64,000 nt of DNA from Octopus vulgaris (lineage: Eukaryota). How positions within the stretch are numbered: position 1 is the stretch's first letter; each line of letters starts with the position of its first letter. The notes beneath the pieces are model-generated. The model was not told where the DNA came from and did not search any database. It saw nothing but the letters and a program-made list of their open reading frames with translations. A program made the translations under genes and the position numbers. Location of the stretch: assembly GCA_951406725.2 (NCBI GenBank), contig OX597815.1, positions 14,632,001-14,696,000 on the forward strand, in the 5' to 3' direction. Positions 45,380 to 60,000 of this stretch are shown piece after piece.

Positions 45380-48300
45380 TAGCTCAACGTTAATATTTTG
45401 CTGAGCATAAAAGATGAATAAATGTCAGTAAATAATATTGATGTCTCACTAACAGCATTAAAATCTTTGTGGGGAAATTTTAATGTAGGAAAAATTATTG
45501 GTTGATGTGGAGAATGAAAGCCAGATTCCTCCAAAGAGTTTGGCGCGTCCTGAAGAAGGCAATGTGCTGTTGAAATGGCCGCCACGTTCACCTGAGCGGA
45601 CACCTTGGCATTTCTTTCTCAGGGAGGGCCTAGTCTATGTCTCCCCTCTTCCTGCAAGCCCAGAGGAACTTAAGCAGAGAATTATTACCATACTGGTCGT
45701 GAGATGTGCGAAAAATAACAGCTAAATAGCTCATAAATGACACTTAATTTTTTTCTTTTTTTGGTTGTCTGACCGAACGAATTCTCGTACGCAGAAATTT
45801 CTGAAAATTCCCCCAAATAAAAATATGTGACGAGGGATTATATTAGGTGCTTAAAGCAGCACTACACACACACAAAAATTAAATAAATTAGAAAAACATA
45901 TTAATTCTAACTTTTAATGATGCAGAAGAACCACCAGAAATAAAAACTTCCTATGTTTCAAATAAAAGCTTTTCCATTTCCTCTCGATGCGATATTTGCT
46001 TTTCGTTTCAGTATTTCAAGTGCACACTCGTATTTTTATACATTCCCCATTTCTAACTAATTACATCGTAATTTTCCCGCATTTAACGAAATTGTCGAAT
46101 TTACACGTTAGAAAGAAAGATAAATGTTATCTAAACAAGGGATTGATCCGACGTTTTTACAAATAATTTAGAAAATAACCAAAAGTGCAATGAAATGTCT
46201 AAAAGAAAACGACAACACAATAAAAGTATTAAAATTACAGCCTTTCGTATAATTTCGTCTTAGTGAGATTTTTTTTTCCTTTTAACTTTCTCAACACATC
46301 GAAACAAATAAATGTACATAATACGACACATATATAATAGAAATGTTTAAATAAATACTTACATAGTAATAGATATGGAGAGAAAGAGTGAAGGAGGAAG
46401 ACGTGAGAACTGGAGTCAGAGTGGACAACGACAGCTTCAAGAGAATTTCTAGATTTCTACAACAAACGTTAATTAATATTTTTCAGGTCCACATAATCGT
46501 AAATGGGGTATCTGTTTCTTTAGACAGTTAATTACCAATCACTTGTATATATTTGATTGGATTTTCTCTTAAATGTCAGTTGTCAAGTGGAACTGATCAA
46601 GCAATCAAGGTGCGTGGGAAACAAGAACAAGAACTACACTTAATGAGGAAGAACAAGGGGAACTAACTCCGGTCTTTAAAGAATTGCGGCTCTACTTTAA
46701 TAGATTTGGGATTTTGTGAAAGAGATTTCTTCAATATTCGGCTTCATCACTGTTATGTGTTGTTTTCTTCTAATGGGATAAACAACTCAATACGAAGCAT
46801 AGTTATTCTTTTACGTGTTTAATTACTTTTTCATGTTACGCGAACTGAACTACATTCCGCGCAGCGACACCGGTATAACTTTAGACACAGCGTAGTAATA
46901 CTTATAAAATAGTGCCAAAAGCGGGGACGTATTCCACACACACACGCATATATATGAACGTGTAACATCCCTTTTTTTTGAAAAAAAAAAAGGGTCTTTT
47001 GGCAGTGAAGACAAATATAGCAGTCTCCCTTACTCTAATGGATTGTCAGCGCGAGGTGGAAATCCTGCAGCAGAAACCGTGAGATTATTCTGCCTCTGCT
47101 TTGTAATCGAGCAGAATTAGTTACTTGTCTTTTCATTTATTTTGAAAAAACTTTATCATGAATAAAAAGAGAAAATATTTACGTTTTTTAAAATCAAAAT
47201 ATACCATTGGTTTAATTGCCTAAAAAACATTTTCCGATTAATTATCCCACCGCTGCCACCATGTTATGTTTTATTTCGTTCTAATGGGATAAACAACTCA
47301 ATACGAAGCCATTGTTATTCTTTTACGTGTTTAATTACCTTTTCATGTTACACGAACTGGACTACATTCAGCGTAGTGATACATATAAACTTTATACTGT
47401 CACTAACAAAATAGTGCCAAAAGTGGGGATGTATTCTACTTACGTATACCTGCGTATTCACACAGATATGAATGTGTCACACTGTGGTTTAAAGTTTGAT
47501 CATTCTTACCCATTAAGAAAACAATATTTGGAAGCTGTCATTTTGTTCATGTAAAGAAGGGGTGTGAAATGTCAAATTATTGTGATTTTGGACTTTTTAC
47601 AGGTTAATTCATACGATTCTGCAAATACGTAATATAAAAAAAACTTTGTTCAATTAAAAACAAATTACTTTTAACTATGCACTGTCCATCACCATTTCCT
47701 CCACCACAACCATCATCTCTCTATCTCTCTTTGTGCCTCAAATCTCACCATCAGAACATCACCACTCTGCTAAAATTATATTGCTAACTTCTCTATATCA
47801 TCAACTTCAACTAACTTTTTTAACGATGTAAGAAATATTATGTTCCCCTCTATCACATATCATGTACACTTCTCTCTGTTCCTCTTTCTATCTTACTCTT
47901 TGCTTTAATATATGGGTGCTTGAAACTCTTAGATAAGAATTGCTGGGACCAGTATTCCGTTTGGGACATGCTTTTGAAAAGGAAAGAAAGCATGCCCTTT
48001 TTTGGAACGACTTCTGACTGGAGACGAAAAATGGATTGCATGCTTAATGTGCAAAACTGATCCTGGAGTTTGCAGAAATATCCCCCAAGCAGCCAAAGAT
48101 GAATATCCATGGCAACAAACCCGTCCTTTGTGTTTGGTGGAAACATAAAGGCATTAATATGACCTTCTCCCATGAAACCAGACCATTCATTCTGTTGTGT
48201 TCTGTCGTCAACTGGCTAATTTGAACCAAAATATATCAAAGAACTGCGGCTGGAGATTACCAACAGAAAAGCATTAGTCTTCCAACAAGACAATGCCCGA

Positions 48301-48710
48301 TCATTGTCAAATAGAAAGGATTCACCCTATCTCCCTCATATTCCTTATAGTCTTCATTTTTATGTCGTATGTTTTTTAAACCAATATTCTTTCACCCGAT
48401 GCATTCTTAATTGAATTCTTTTCTTTTTGCTTTGCATCTCTTACAGATTTAAGTCTTTAATTTTATAAATATATATTTATATAATCTTTTAGCTGTTTAT
48501 CCATTATCCAAAAACAAAAGGTCCCGGTCACTAGTCATGGCCTTGGTGTCCAGTGAGGCAATGGATTGGGTTATTCCTGACACCAAAACACTCTAAAGTG
48601 GAGCCTGTATTGTGTCTGCATCAAAAGATAGTCGCTCATCTGCTACTCACTGAAAACTGAAGGAAATTGGAATACGGTAATTACTTAATACACTTTATGC
48701 ACAATTTTAT

Positions 48711-49822
48711 GAGGTTGTCACAGTTCTAGGACAGCACTCTTCGCCCTATGAGATGACATCTGGTGTACCACAGGGATCTGTTCTTGGCCCCCTTTTATTT
48801 GTTGCATATGTTAATGACATAGATGCCAACTTAAAGAATGCCACAGTGCTGAAATATGCAGATGACATCAAGCTGTACCTCGAAATAAAGAGGTCAAATC
48901 CTGTACACTATAGATCTCTATTGCAAGCAGACCTGGACACAATGCAGCAGTGGATCATGGACTGGCAACTCAAGCTGGCTGAGGACAAATGTACCACCAT
49001 GCCTTTTGGGAGAAACCCAGCGTCCACCTACTCCCTCCACAACGCTAGTCTCAAAAAGTCTTCATGTGAACGTGACCTGGGTGTTATTGTCGACAGTGAT
49101 TTGCGTTGGACAAAACACATCGCTAAAATTGTCAAGAAGGCTGAGGGTGTCTTGGCATCACTCACCAAATCCTTTGTGAGCCGCACTCCGGCTATACATC
49201 TGCGGCTTTATATAGCTATGGTAAGACCTCACCTGGAATTTGCATCACTGGTCTGGAACCCTTATCTTGCCCAGGATATCAATCGTCTGGAAGCTGTTCA
49301 GCGACGTGCAACCAAAAGAATACCCTCCATCAGGCATTTGCCATATCCTGAACGCCTTACTTCCCTGGGCATGGACACATTGAAACTCCGACGTCTGGCA
49401 GTTGAAGTGGCAGACACCCATAAAATTATCAACCATCATACAAACAATAACTCTGAGCACCTTTTCAAACTCCACCCATCTAACACCCGTGGACATATTT
49501 ACAAAGTAAGAAAACAGCAGTTCCCATGACTTCAGGAAACATTTTTTCATGCTGAGAGTTGCTGAAGCATGGAACAAACTGCCGGCATCAGTTGTTAGTT
49601 GTCGGAGCACTGCATCCTTCAAAACTTCCATGCTTCCTGAGATCCGCCAACGCTACACTTGATTTTCTCCCCTCCATACACACACAAGCATGTATCTGAC
49701 ACATACATTGTTCGCTTTCCAGACATTTCTACATTACTGCATGTACTTTATATGCACTTTCTGACAAGTTGTGGTGCACCTGAGCACTGTATGCAATAAT
49801 TTCATTATTATTATATTATTAT
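48711..49822 (+). mobile_element. 5'-truncated CR1/L2-like LINE, duplicated copy
   Basis: Same junctions and ORF (48753-49529). Confidence 0.9.
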
Positions 49823-51523
49823 AAAATAAATATTTGCTCATATTTTTCCAGTTTTCTCATAAACAGAAAAAGATTACATTTTAAAATTTACATGGGCACA
49901 ATTTCTTATCTGAAACACGAGAAGTGTATACTAAAAAAATTACCTTATATGTAAAATATAGAGGTCAGAATTTAATGTAACATGGCTTACTCTGAAAACC
50001 ACATCAGTGGTAACTTGTAAGCCAAGGTGATGGGTCAGAGAGCCAATACACATGTCAATTTTTAAGATTTGTAAAAAAAACTTAGTTCAAGTAAAAAAAA
50101 AAAAACATTACTTTTCACTTTGTATTCACCATCACAACAACCACCATCATGTCTCTCTCTACCTTTCTTTAACCTCTCCATCAGGACATTACCCACCTTC
50201 TAAAATTATATTCCTTACTCTCCTCTATATCACAACCTTAACTAAATATGTCCCCCTATCACGTCATACACACTTCTCACTCTTCCCGTCTCACTCATGG
50301 CCTTATCCTTTCTCTCCAATCACATGAAAGTGTTACTGTCGACCTAAGTATCGTAATGACAAGCAGAATTATTATAAGACCACCTTCCTTTACTTTTCCC
50401 ACCCTCTCACCCCACTACTCTAACTAACATAAATACACCAGTTGAACAAACAAACTTCTGATTACATATATACACCTACAATATTTTTGTGGGTGGTTTG
50501 GATAATATTTTTTGCAAGGTAATTACAAATCACATAAGGAGACCGGAGAAAAGTTTGATATTATTTATTCAGCATTACATGTGTTTCATTTCCTAATAGG
50601 AATCAAAAGCTTTTAGATGTGTAGAAAACATGAAAGATATTTCCTATAAGAAATTCTTCAGAGATACATATGTGTGTGTGTGTGTGTGTGTGTGTATCCT
50701 TGTCCAGATATTATGTGATGTTCGGAAAGGGCCATCATGACCGTCTTGTGCAGTTGTTCATTTCCAGTCCTTCGCGTGAAATATGTCTCACCAGGGAAAA
50801 TATTTCCTTGCTTGGAAACAGGTGAGGATTGGTCACAAGAAAGGTACCCAGATGTAGAAAATCTCCATCAATGAATTCCATCTGATCCACAGAAGCATGA
50901 ATAGGAGAATGTTAAATGATGAGGATCATCATCATCGGGGTTCGTCTTCTGTATGAATGCATTTACATTTCAATAATTGATCATTTTCATAGATTGAGTT
51001 ATCAGAAAAAGCTTAGGCTACAGTTATATCTTTCATATTAATAGGACTGTGTACAAACAATTCACCAATTTGAAAGAATGATTCAGGGTTAACATCACAG
51101 TGATATGTTTTCGTTCCTCAGTCAATGCTCTTTTGATTCAATAATGGATGATTTCATGTCAAAGATTTACCATAGATGTCACATTCATATAGTTTCTATA
51201 TTCTGTGGATGTCTTTATGAGATACGTCCTTTGTCCTTCTGAGGAAATGTTATACAACAAATATCACTGTGTTAGGGACCCACTTCAGAAGGAAAGACTT
51301 GTTTAAATCAGAAATGATTTTGTGTAAATGATTTGCCACAGATATCACTGTGAATTGATTTCTCTTGAATGTGAATGCATTTGAGTATAGTAAAGTGACT
51401 GTTTCCAGAGAACATCTTACAACAGATATCACAGGTATATGGTTTCTACCCTGTATGAATATGTTTGTGTTGAGTTAAGCCACTGTTCTCAGAGAAAGAT
51501 TTACCACAGATATTACAAGGTTA

Positions 51524-52810
51524 TCATTCCGCCCCTGTATGAATACACTTGTGTTTAGTTAAGCTGCTGCTTTCGGAGAACGATCTTCCACACATATCAC
51601 AATGATAACGTTTCTCTCCAGTATGAACCCGTTTGTGTCGAGTTAAGTGACTGCCATTAGAGAATGATTTACCACAGATATCACAGTGATATGGTTTCTC
51701 CCCTGTATGAATACGCTTGTGTTTAGTTAAGACACTGTTCTGAGAGAATGATTTACCACAGCTATCGCAGGAATATGGCTTCTCTCCTGTATGAATACGT
51801 TTGTGCGTAGTGAGGGTAGTGTTTTGAGAGAATGATATACCACAGATATCACAGTGATATGGTTTCTCCCCCGTATGAATATGTTTGTGCGTAGTTAGGG
51901 TAGTGTTGTGAGAGAATGATATACCACAGATATCACAGTGATATGGTTTCTCGCCTGTATGAATACGATTGTGCTTAGTTAAGCTGCTGCTTTGAGAGAA
52001 AGATTTACCACAGATTTCACAGGAATATGGTTTCTCCCCTGTATGAATACATTTGTGAGATGCCAAGCTACTTCCTGAAGTGAAGGATTTACCACAGATA
52101 TCACAATGATACGGTTTGTCCCCACCGTGAACCCGTCTGTGACTACTTAAGTTACCTTCTCGATAGAATGATTTACCACAGATATCACAGTGATATGGTT
52201 TCTTCCCTGTATGAATGTGTTTGTGAGTTGTCAAGTTACTTCCTGAAGTGAAGGATCTGCCACAGATATCACAATGATAAGGTTTCTCTCCTGTATGAAC
52301 CCGTTTGTGTTGAGTTAAGTGACTGCCAATAGAGAATGATTTACCACAGATATCACAGTGATATGGTTTCTCTCCTGTATGAATACGTTTGTGTTGAGTT
52401 AAGCTATTCCTGTGACACAATGATTTACCACAAATATCACAGTGATATGGTTTCTTCCTTGTATGAATGTGTTTGTGAGATGTCAAGTTACTTCCTGAAA
52501 TGAAGGATTTACCACAGATATCACAATGATAAGGTTTCTCTCCTGTATGAACCCGTTTGTGTCGAGTTAAGTGACTGCTATTAGAGAATGATTTACCACA
52601 GATATCACAGTGATATGGTTTCTCCCCTGTATGAATACGTTTGTGTTGAGTTAAGCTATTCCTGTGAGACAATGATTTACCACTGATATCACAGTGATAT
52701 GGTGCTTCCCCTGCATGAATTTGTTTGTGTTGATTGAGTTTACTTTCTTCTAAGAATGACTCTTTGCAGATGTCACAGTCATATGATGATTTTCCTAATT
52801 CTTCCGACAT
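51524..52810 (-). CDS. C2H2 zinc-finger protein copy 6 (short type, 428 aa, 15 fingers; same protein as copy 5)
   Basis: Intact ORF; translation identical to 42963-44249. Confidence 0.93.
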   Translation of the reverse strand: MSEELGKSSYDCDICKESFLEESKLNQHKQIHAGEAPYHCDISGKSLSHRNSLTQHKRIHTGEKPYHCDICGKSFSNSSHLTRHKRVHTGEKPYHCDICGKSFISGSNLTSHKHIHTRKKPYHCDICGKSLCHRNSLTQHKRIHTGEKPYHCDICGKSFSIGSHLTQHKRVHTGEKPYHCDICGRSFTSGSNLTTHKHIHTGKKPYHCDICGKSFYREGNLSSHRRVHGGDKPYHCDICGKSFTSGSSLASHKCIHTGEKPYSCEICGKSFSQSSSLTKHNRIHTGEKPYHCDICGISFSHNTTLTTHKHIHTGEKPYHCDICGISFSQNTTLTTHKRIHTGEKPYSCDSCGKSFSQNSVLTKHKRIHTGEKPYHCDICGKSFSNGSHLTRHKRVHTGEKRYHCDMCGRSFSESSSLTKHKCIHTGAE

Positions 52811-53889
52811 CTCTTCAAGAAAAATAAGACTGAACCTTTTAGTTGTACAGATCAACAACTTTTCAAAAATATTTCTTCTCTCACCAAAATATATGGATAT
52901 TTTTCTTCTTTTTGTTTTTATAGTTTATTCCAAACAAATATCACTTCTCTTATATTTCTTCTAAATGTGATCAATGCCAATATTTAAAAATGCCGCAAAT
53001 ATTCTTTGGAAATCTATCAAAGTATATTTAAAAGAGAAAATTATCTCTTGCACATTTCAGACACAGAAGTAAAGAAATGCTTTCTCTCTCAGAGGAAATA
53101 TTTTACTGTAACTCAGCAACGTTTTATAGAAGCAGGATTATACGTTTATCGAATATCTTTGCAGAGTCGTTTAAACATGAAACACATTGATGATTCTTTA
53201 AAAGTAAAAATTACTTTTTAGCCAATTTCATGTGATTTTCTGAAAGAATAGGAAAATAATATAAGATATGAAGTATGTTTAAAAGGCAGATATTCAAAAG
53301 TGCAAATTTACGACATTTCTTGTTTCAAAAATTCTAGATGTAATTCTTTATCTGAACTATTAAATTCATCCAATTTCTGCATTAGCAAAATGTTTATATC
53401 ATAGCGGAGACACATCTATTATAATACCAACTCCTGGAATGTAAAGTCTGTCATAGACACACTTCCACATACACACAAACACACCAATATACATATAAAT
53501 GACACTAGATTTCTGATGTTTTCATTGCAGTCTTGTATCTTTGTTTGCTAAAATAGATATCGCTCTTTCCCTACCTTCATCATCATCGTTTAACATCTGC
53601 TTTCCACGCTGGCATGGGTTGTGAGGTTTGACTAAGGACTGGCAAGCCATGAGGTTGAACAAGGTTTCAATCTTATCAGGCAAGATTTCTACAGCTGGAT
53701 GCTGTTTGAGTGTGTAGCGGTTGCCTTTTATATGTGCCACGGAGCCAGTCAGGTAGCATTGGTATCGACTATGCTTGAATGGTGCCTTTTAACGTGCTAC
53801 CGGCACGGGTGCAAGTCAGGCAGCACTAGCATCAATCATGTTCAAATGGTACTTTTTACATGCTACCTGCATGGGAGCCATATATACAA

Positions 53890-53934
<45 letters not shown>

Positions 53935-56900
53935 TAGCTCAACGTTAATATTTTGCTGAGCATAAAAGATGAATAAATGTCAGTAAATAATATTGATGTC
54001 TCACTAACAGCATTAAAATCTTTGTGGGGAAATTTTAATGTAGGAAAAATTATTGGTTGATGTGGAGAATGAAAGCCAGATTCCTCCAAAGAGTTTGGCG
54101 CGTCCTGAAGAAGGCAATGTGCTGTTGAAATGGCCGCCACGTTCACCTGAGCGGACACCTTGGCATTTCTTTCTCAGGGAGGGCCTAGTCTATGTCTCCC
54201 CTCTTCCTGCAAGCCCAGAGGAACTTAAGCAGAGAATTATTACCATACTGGTCGTGAGATGTGCGAAAAATAACAGCTAAATAGCTCATAAATCACACTT
54301 AATTTTTTTCTTTTTTTGGTTGTCTGACCGAACGAATTCTCGTACGCAGAAATTTCTGAAAATTCCCCCAAATAAAAATATGTGACGAGGGATTATATTA
54401 GGTGCTTAAAGCAGCACTACACACACACAAAAATTAAATAAATTAGAAAAACATATTAATTCTAACTTTTAATGATGCAGAAGAACCACCAGAAATAAAA
54501 ACTTCCTATGTTTCAAATAAAAGCTTTTCCATTTCCTCTCGATGCGATATTTGCTTTTCGTTTCAGTATTTCAAGTGCACACTCGTATTTTTATACATTC
54601 CCCATTTCTAACTAATTACATCGTAATTTTCCCGCATTTAACGAAATTGTCGAATTTACACGTTAGAAAGAAAGATAAATGTTATCTAAACAAGGGATTG
54701 ATCCGACGTTTTTACAAATAATTTAGAAAATAACCAAAAGTGCAATGAAATGTCTAAAAGAAAACGACAACACAATAAAAGTATTAAAATTACAGCCTTT
54801 CGTATAATTTCGTCTTAGTGAGATTTTTTTTTCCTTTTAACTTTCTCAACACATCGAAACAAATAAATGTACATAATACGACACATATATAATAGAAATG
54901 TTTAAATAAATACTTACATAGTAATAGATATGGAGAGAAAGAGTGAAGGAGGAAGACGTGAGAACTGGAGTCAGAGTGGACAACGACAGCTTCAAGAGAA
55001 TTTCTAGATTTCTACAACAAACGTTAATTAATATTTTTCAGGTCCACATAATCGTAAATGGGGTATCTGTTTCTTTAGACAGTTAATTACCAGTCACTTG
55101 TATATATTTGATTGGATTTTCTCTTAAATGTCAGTTGTCAAGTGGAACTGATCAAGCAATCAAGGTGCGTGGGAAACAAGAACAAGAACTACACTTAATG
55201 AGGAAGTACAAGGGGAACTAACTCCGGTCTTTAAAGAATTGCGGCTCTACTTTAATAGATTTGGGATTTTGTGAAAGAGATTTCTTCAATATTCGGCTTC
55301 ATCACTGTTATGTGTTGTTTTCTTCTAATGGGATAAACAACTCAATACGAAGCATAGTTATTCTTTTACGTGTTTAATTACTTTTTCATGTTACGCGAAC
55401 TGAACTACATTCCGCGCAGCGACACCGGTATAACTTTAGACACAGCGTAGTAATACTTATAAAATAGTGCCAAAAGCGGGGACGTATTCCACACACACAC
55501 GCATATATATGAACGTGTAACATCCCTTTTTTTTGAAAAAAAAAAAGGGTCTTTTGGCAGTGAAGACAAATATAGCAGTCTCCCTTACTCTAATGGATTG
55601 TCAGCGCGAGGTGGAAATCCTGCAGCAGAAACCGTGAGATTATTCTGCCTCTGCTTTGTAATCGAGCAGAATTAGTTACTTGTCTTTTCATTTATTTTGA
55701 AAAAACTTTATCATGAATAAAAAGAGAAAATATTTACGTTTTTTAAAATCAAAATATACCATTGGTTTAATTGCCTAAAAAACATTTTCCGATTAATTAT
55801 CCCACCGCTGCCACCATGTTATGTTTTATTTCGTTCTAATGGGATAAACAACTCAATACGAAGCCATTGTTATTCTTTTACGTGTTTAATTACCTTTTCA
55901 TGTTACACGAACTGGACTACATTCAGCGTAGTGATACATATAAACTTTATACTGTCACTAACAAAATAGTGCCAAAAGTGGGGATGTATTCTACTTACGT
56001 ATACCTGCGTATTCACACAGATATGAATGTGTCACACTGTGGTTTAAAGTTTGATCATTCTTACCCATTAAGAAAACAATATTTGGAAGCTGTCATTTTG
56101 TTCATGTAAAGAAGGGGTGTGAAATGTCAAATTATTGTGATTTTGGACTTTTTACAGGTTAATTCATACGATTCTGCAAATACGTAATATAAAAAAAACT
56201 TTGTTCAATTTAAAACAAATTACTTTTAACTATGCACTGTCCATCACCATTTCCTCCACCACAACCATCATCTCTCTATCTCTCTTTGTGCCTCAAATCT
56301 CACCATCAGAACATCACCACTCTGCTAAAATTATATTGCTAACTTCTCTATATCATCAACTTCAACTAACTTTTTTAACGATGTAAGAAATATTATGTTC
56401 CCCTCTATCACATATCATGTACACTTCTCTCTGTTCCTCTTTCTATCTTACTCTTTGCTTTAATATATGGGTGCTTGAAACTCTTAGATAAGAATTGCTG
56501 GGACCAGTATTCCGTTTGGGACATGCTTTTGAAAAGGAAAGAAAGCATGCCCTTTTTTGGAACGACTTCTGACTGGAGACGAAAAATGGATTGCATGCTT
56601 AATGTGCAAAACTGATCCTGGAGTTTGCAGAAATATCCCCCAAGCAGCCAAAGATGAATATCCATGGCAACAAACCCGTCCTTTGTGTTTGGTGGAAACA
56701 TAAAGGCATTAATATGACCTTCTCCCATGAAACCAGACCATTCATTCTGTTGTGTTCTGTCGTCAACTGGCTAATTTGAACCAAAATATATCAAAGAACT
56801 GCGGCTGGAGATTACCAACAGAAAAGCATTAGTCTTCCAACAAGACAATGCCCGATCATTGTCAAATAGAAAGGATTCACCCTATCTCCCTCATATTCCT

Positions 56901-57265
56901 TATAGTCTTCATTTTTATGTCGTATGTTTTTTAAACCAATATTCTTTCACCCGATGCATTCTTAATTGAATTCTTTTCTTTTTGCTTTGCATCTCTTACA
57001 GATTTAAGTCTTTAATTTTATAAATATATATTTATATAATCTTTTAGCTGTTTATCCATTATCCAAAAACAAAAGGTCCCGGTCACTAGTCATGGCCTTG
57101 GTGTCCAGTGAGGCAATGGATTGGGTTATTCCTGACACCAAAACACTCTAAAGTGGAGCCTGTATTGTGTCTGCATCAAAAGATAGTCGCTCATCTGCTA
57201 CTCACTGAAAACTGAAGGAAATTGGAATACGGTAATTACTTAATACACTTTATGCACAATTTTAT

Positions 57266-58377
57266 GAGGTTGTCACAGTTCTAGGACAGCACTCTTCGCC
57301 CTATGAGATGACATCTGGTGTACCACAGGGATCTGTTCTTGGCCCCCTTTTATTTGTTGCATATGTTAATGACATAGATGCCAACTTAAAGAATGCCACA
57401 GTGCTGAAATATGCAGATGACATCAAGCTGTACCTCGAAATAAAGAGGTCAAATCCTGTACACTATAGATCTCTATTGCAAGCAGACCTGGACACAATGC
57501 AGCAGTGGATCATGGACTGGCAACTCAAGCTGGCTGAGGACAAATGTACCACCATGCCTTTTGGGAGAAACCCAGCGTCCACCTACTCCCTCCACAACGC
57601 TAGTCTCAAAAAGTCTTCATGTGAACGTGACCTGGGTGTTATTGTCGACAGTGATTTGCGTTGGACAAAACACATCGCTAAAATTGTCAAGAAGGCTGAG
57701 GGTGTCTTGGCATCACTCACCAAATCCTTTGTGAGCCGCACTCCGGCTATACATCTGCGGCTTTATATAGCTATGGTAAGACCTCACCTGGAATTTGCAT
57801 CACTGGTCTGGAACCCTTATCTTGCCCAGGATATCAATCGTCTGGAAGCTGTTCAGCGACGTGCAACCAAAAGAATACCCTCCATCAGGCATTTGCCATA
57901 TCCTGAACGCCTTACTTCCCTGGGCATGGACACATTGAAACTCCGACGTCTGGCAGTTGAAGTGGCAGACACCCATAAAATTATCAACCATCGTACAAAC
58001 AATAACTCTGAGCACCTTTTCAAACTCCACCCATCTAACACCCGTGGACATATTTACAAAGTAAGAAAACAGCAGTTCTCATGACTTCAGGAAACATTTT
58101 TTCATGCTGAGAGTTGCTGAAGCATGGAACAAACTGCCGGCATCAGTTGTTAGTTGTCGGAGCACTGCATCCTTCAAAACTTCCATGCTTCCTGAGATCC
58201 GCCAACGCTACACTTGATTTTCTCCCCTCCATACACACACAAGCATGTATCTGACACATACATTGTTCGCTTTCCAGACATTTCTACATTACTGCATGTA
58301 CTTTATATGCACTTTCTGACAAGTTGTGGTGCACCTGAGCACTGTATGCAATAATTTCATTATTATTATATTATTAT
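57266..58377 (+). mobile_element. 5'-truncated CR1/L2-like LINE, duplicated copy
   Basis: Same junctions and ORF (57308-58084). Confidence 0.9.
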
Positions 58378-60000
58378 AAAATAAATATTTGCTCATATTT
58401 TTCCAGTTTTCTCATAAACAGAAAAAGATTACATTTTAAAATTTACATGGGCACAATTTCTTATCTGAAACACGAGAAGTGTATACTAAAAAAATTACCT
58501 TATATGTAAAATATAGAGGTCAGAATTTAATGTAACATGGCTTACTCTGAAAACCACATCAGTGGTAACTTGTAAGCCAAGGTGATGGGTCAGAGAGCCA
58601 ATACACATGTCAATTTTTAAGATTTGTAAAAAAAACTTAGTTCAAGTAAAAAAAAAAAAACATTACTTTTCACTTTGTATTCACCATCACAACAACCACC
58701 ATCATCTGTCTCTCTCTACCTTTCTTTAACCTCTCCATCAGGACATTACCCACCTTCTAAAATTATATTCCTTACTCTCCTCTATATCACAACCTTAACT
58801 AAATATGTCCCCCTATCACGTCATACACACTTCTCACTCTTCCCGTCTCACTCATGGCCTTATCCTTTCTCTCCAATCACATGAAAGTGTTACTGTCGAC
58901 CTAAGTATCGTAATGACAAGCAGAATTATTATAAGACCACCTTCCTTTACTTTTCCCACCCTCTCACCCCACTACTCAAACTAACATAAATACACCAGTT
59001 GAACAAACAAGCTTCTGATTACATATATACACCTACAATATTTTTGTGGGTGGTTTGGATAATATTTTTTGCAAGGTAATTACAAATCACATAAGGAGAC
59101 CGGAGAAAAGTTTGATATTATTTATTCAGCATTACATGTGTTTCATTTCCTAATAGGAATCAAAAGCTTTTAGATGTGTAGAAAACATGAAAGATATTTC
59201 CTATAAGAAATTCTTCAGACATACATATGTGTGTGTGTGTGTGTGTTCCCTTGTCCAGATATTATGTGATGTTCGTAAAGGGCCATCATGACCGTCATAC
59301 TTGTGCAGTTGTTCATTTCCAGTCCTTCACGTGAAATATGTCTCACCAGGGAAAATATTTCCTTGCTTGGAAACAGGTGAGCATTGGTCACAAGAAAGGT
59401 ACCCAGATGTAGAAAATCTCCATCAATGAATTCCATCTGATCCACAGAAGCATGAATAGGAGAATGTTAAATGATGAGGATCATCATCATCGGGGTTCGT
59501 CTTCTGTATGAATGCATTTACATTTCAATAATTGATCATTTTCATAGATTGAGTTATCAGAAAAAGCTTAGGCTACAGTTATATCTTTCATATTAATAGG
59601 ACTGTGTACAAACAATTCACCAATTTGAAAGAATGATTCAGGGTTAACATCACAGTGATATGTTTTCGTTCCTCAGTCAATGCTCTTTTGATTCAATAAT
59701 GGATGATTTCATGTCAAAGATTTACCATAGATGTCACATTCATATAGTTTCTATATTCTGTGGATGTCTTTATGAGATACGTCCTTTGTCCTTCTGAGGA
59801 AATGTTATACAACAAATATCACTGTGTTAGGGATGCACTTCACAAGGAAAGACTTGTTTAAATCACAAATGATTTTGTGTAACTGATTTGCCACAGATAT
59901 CACTGTGAATTGATTTTTCTTGAGTGTGAATGCATTTGTGTATAGTAAAGTGACTTTTTCCAGAGAATGTCTTACCACAGCTATCACAGGTATATGGTTT

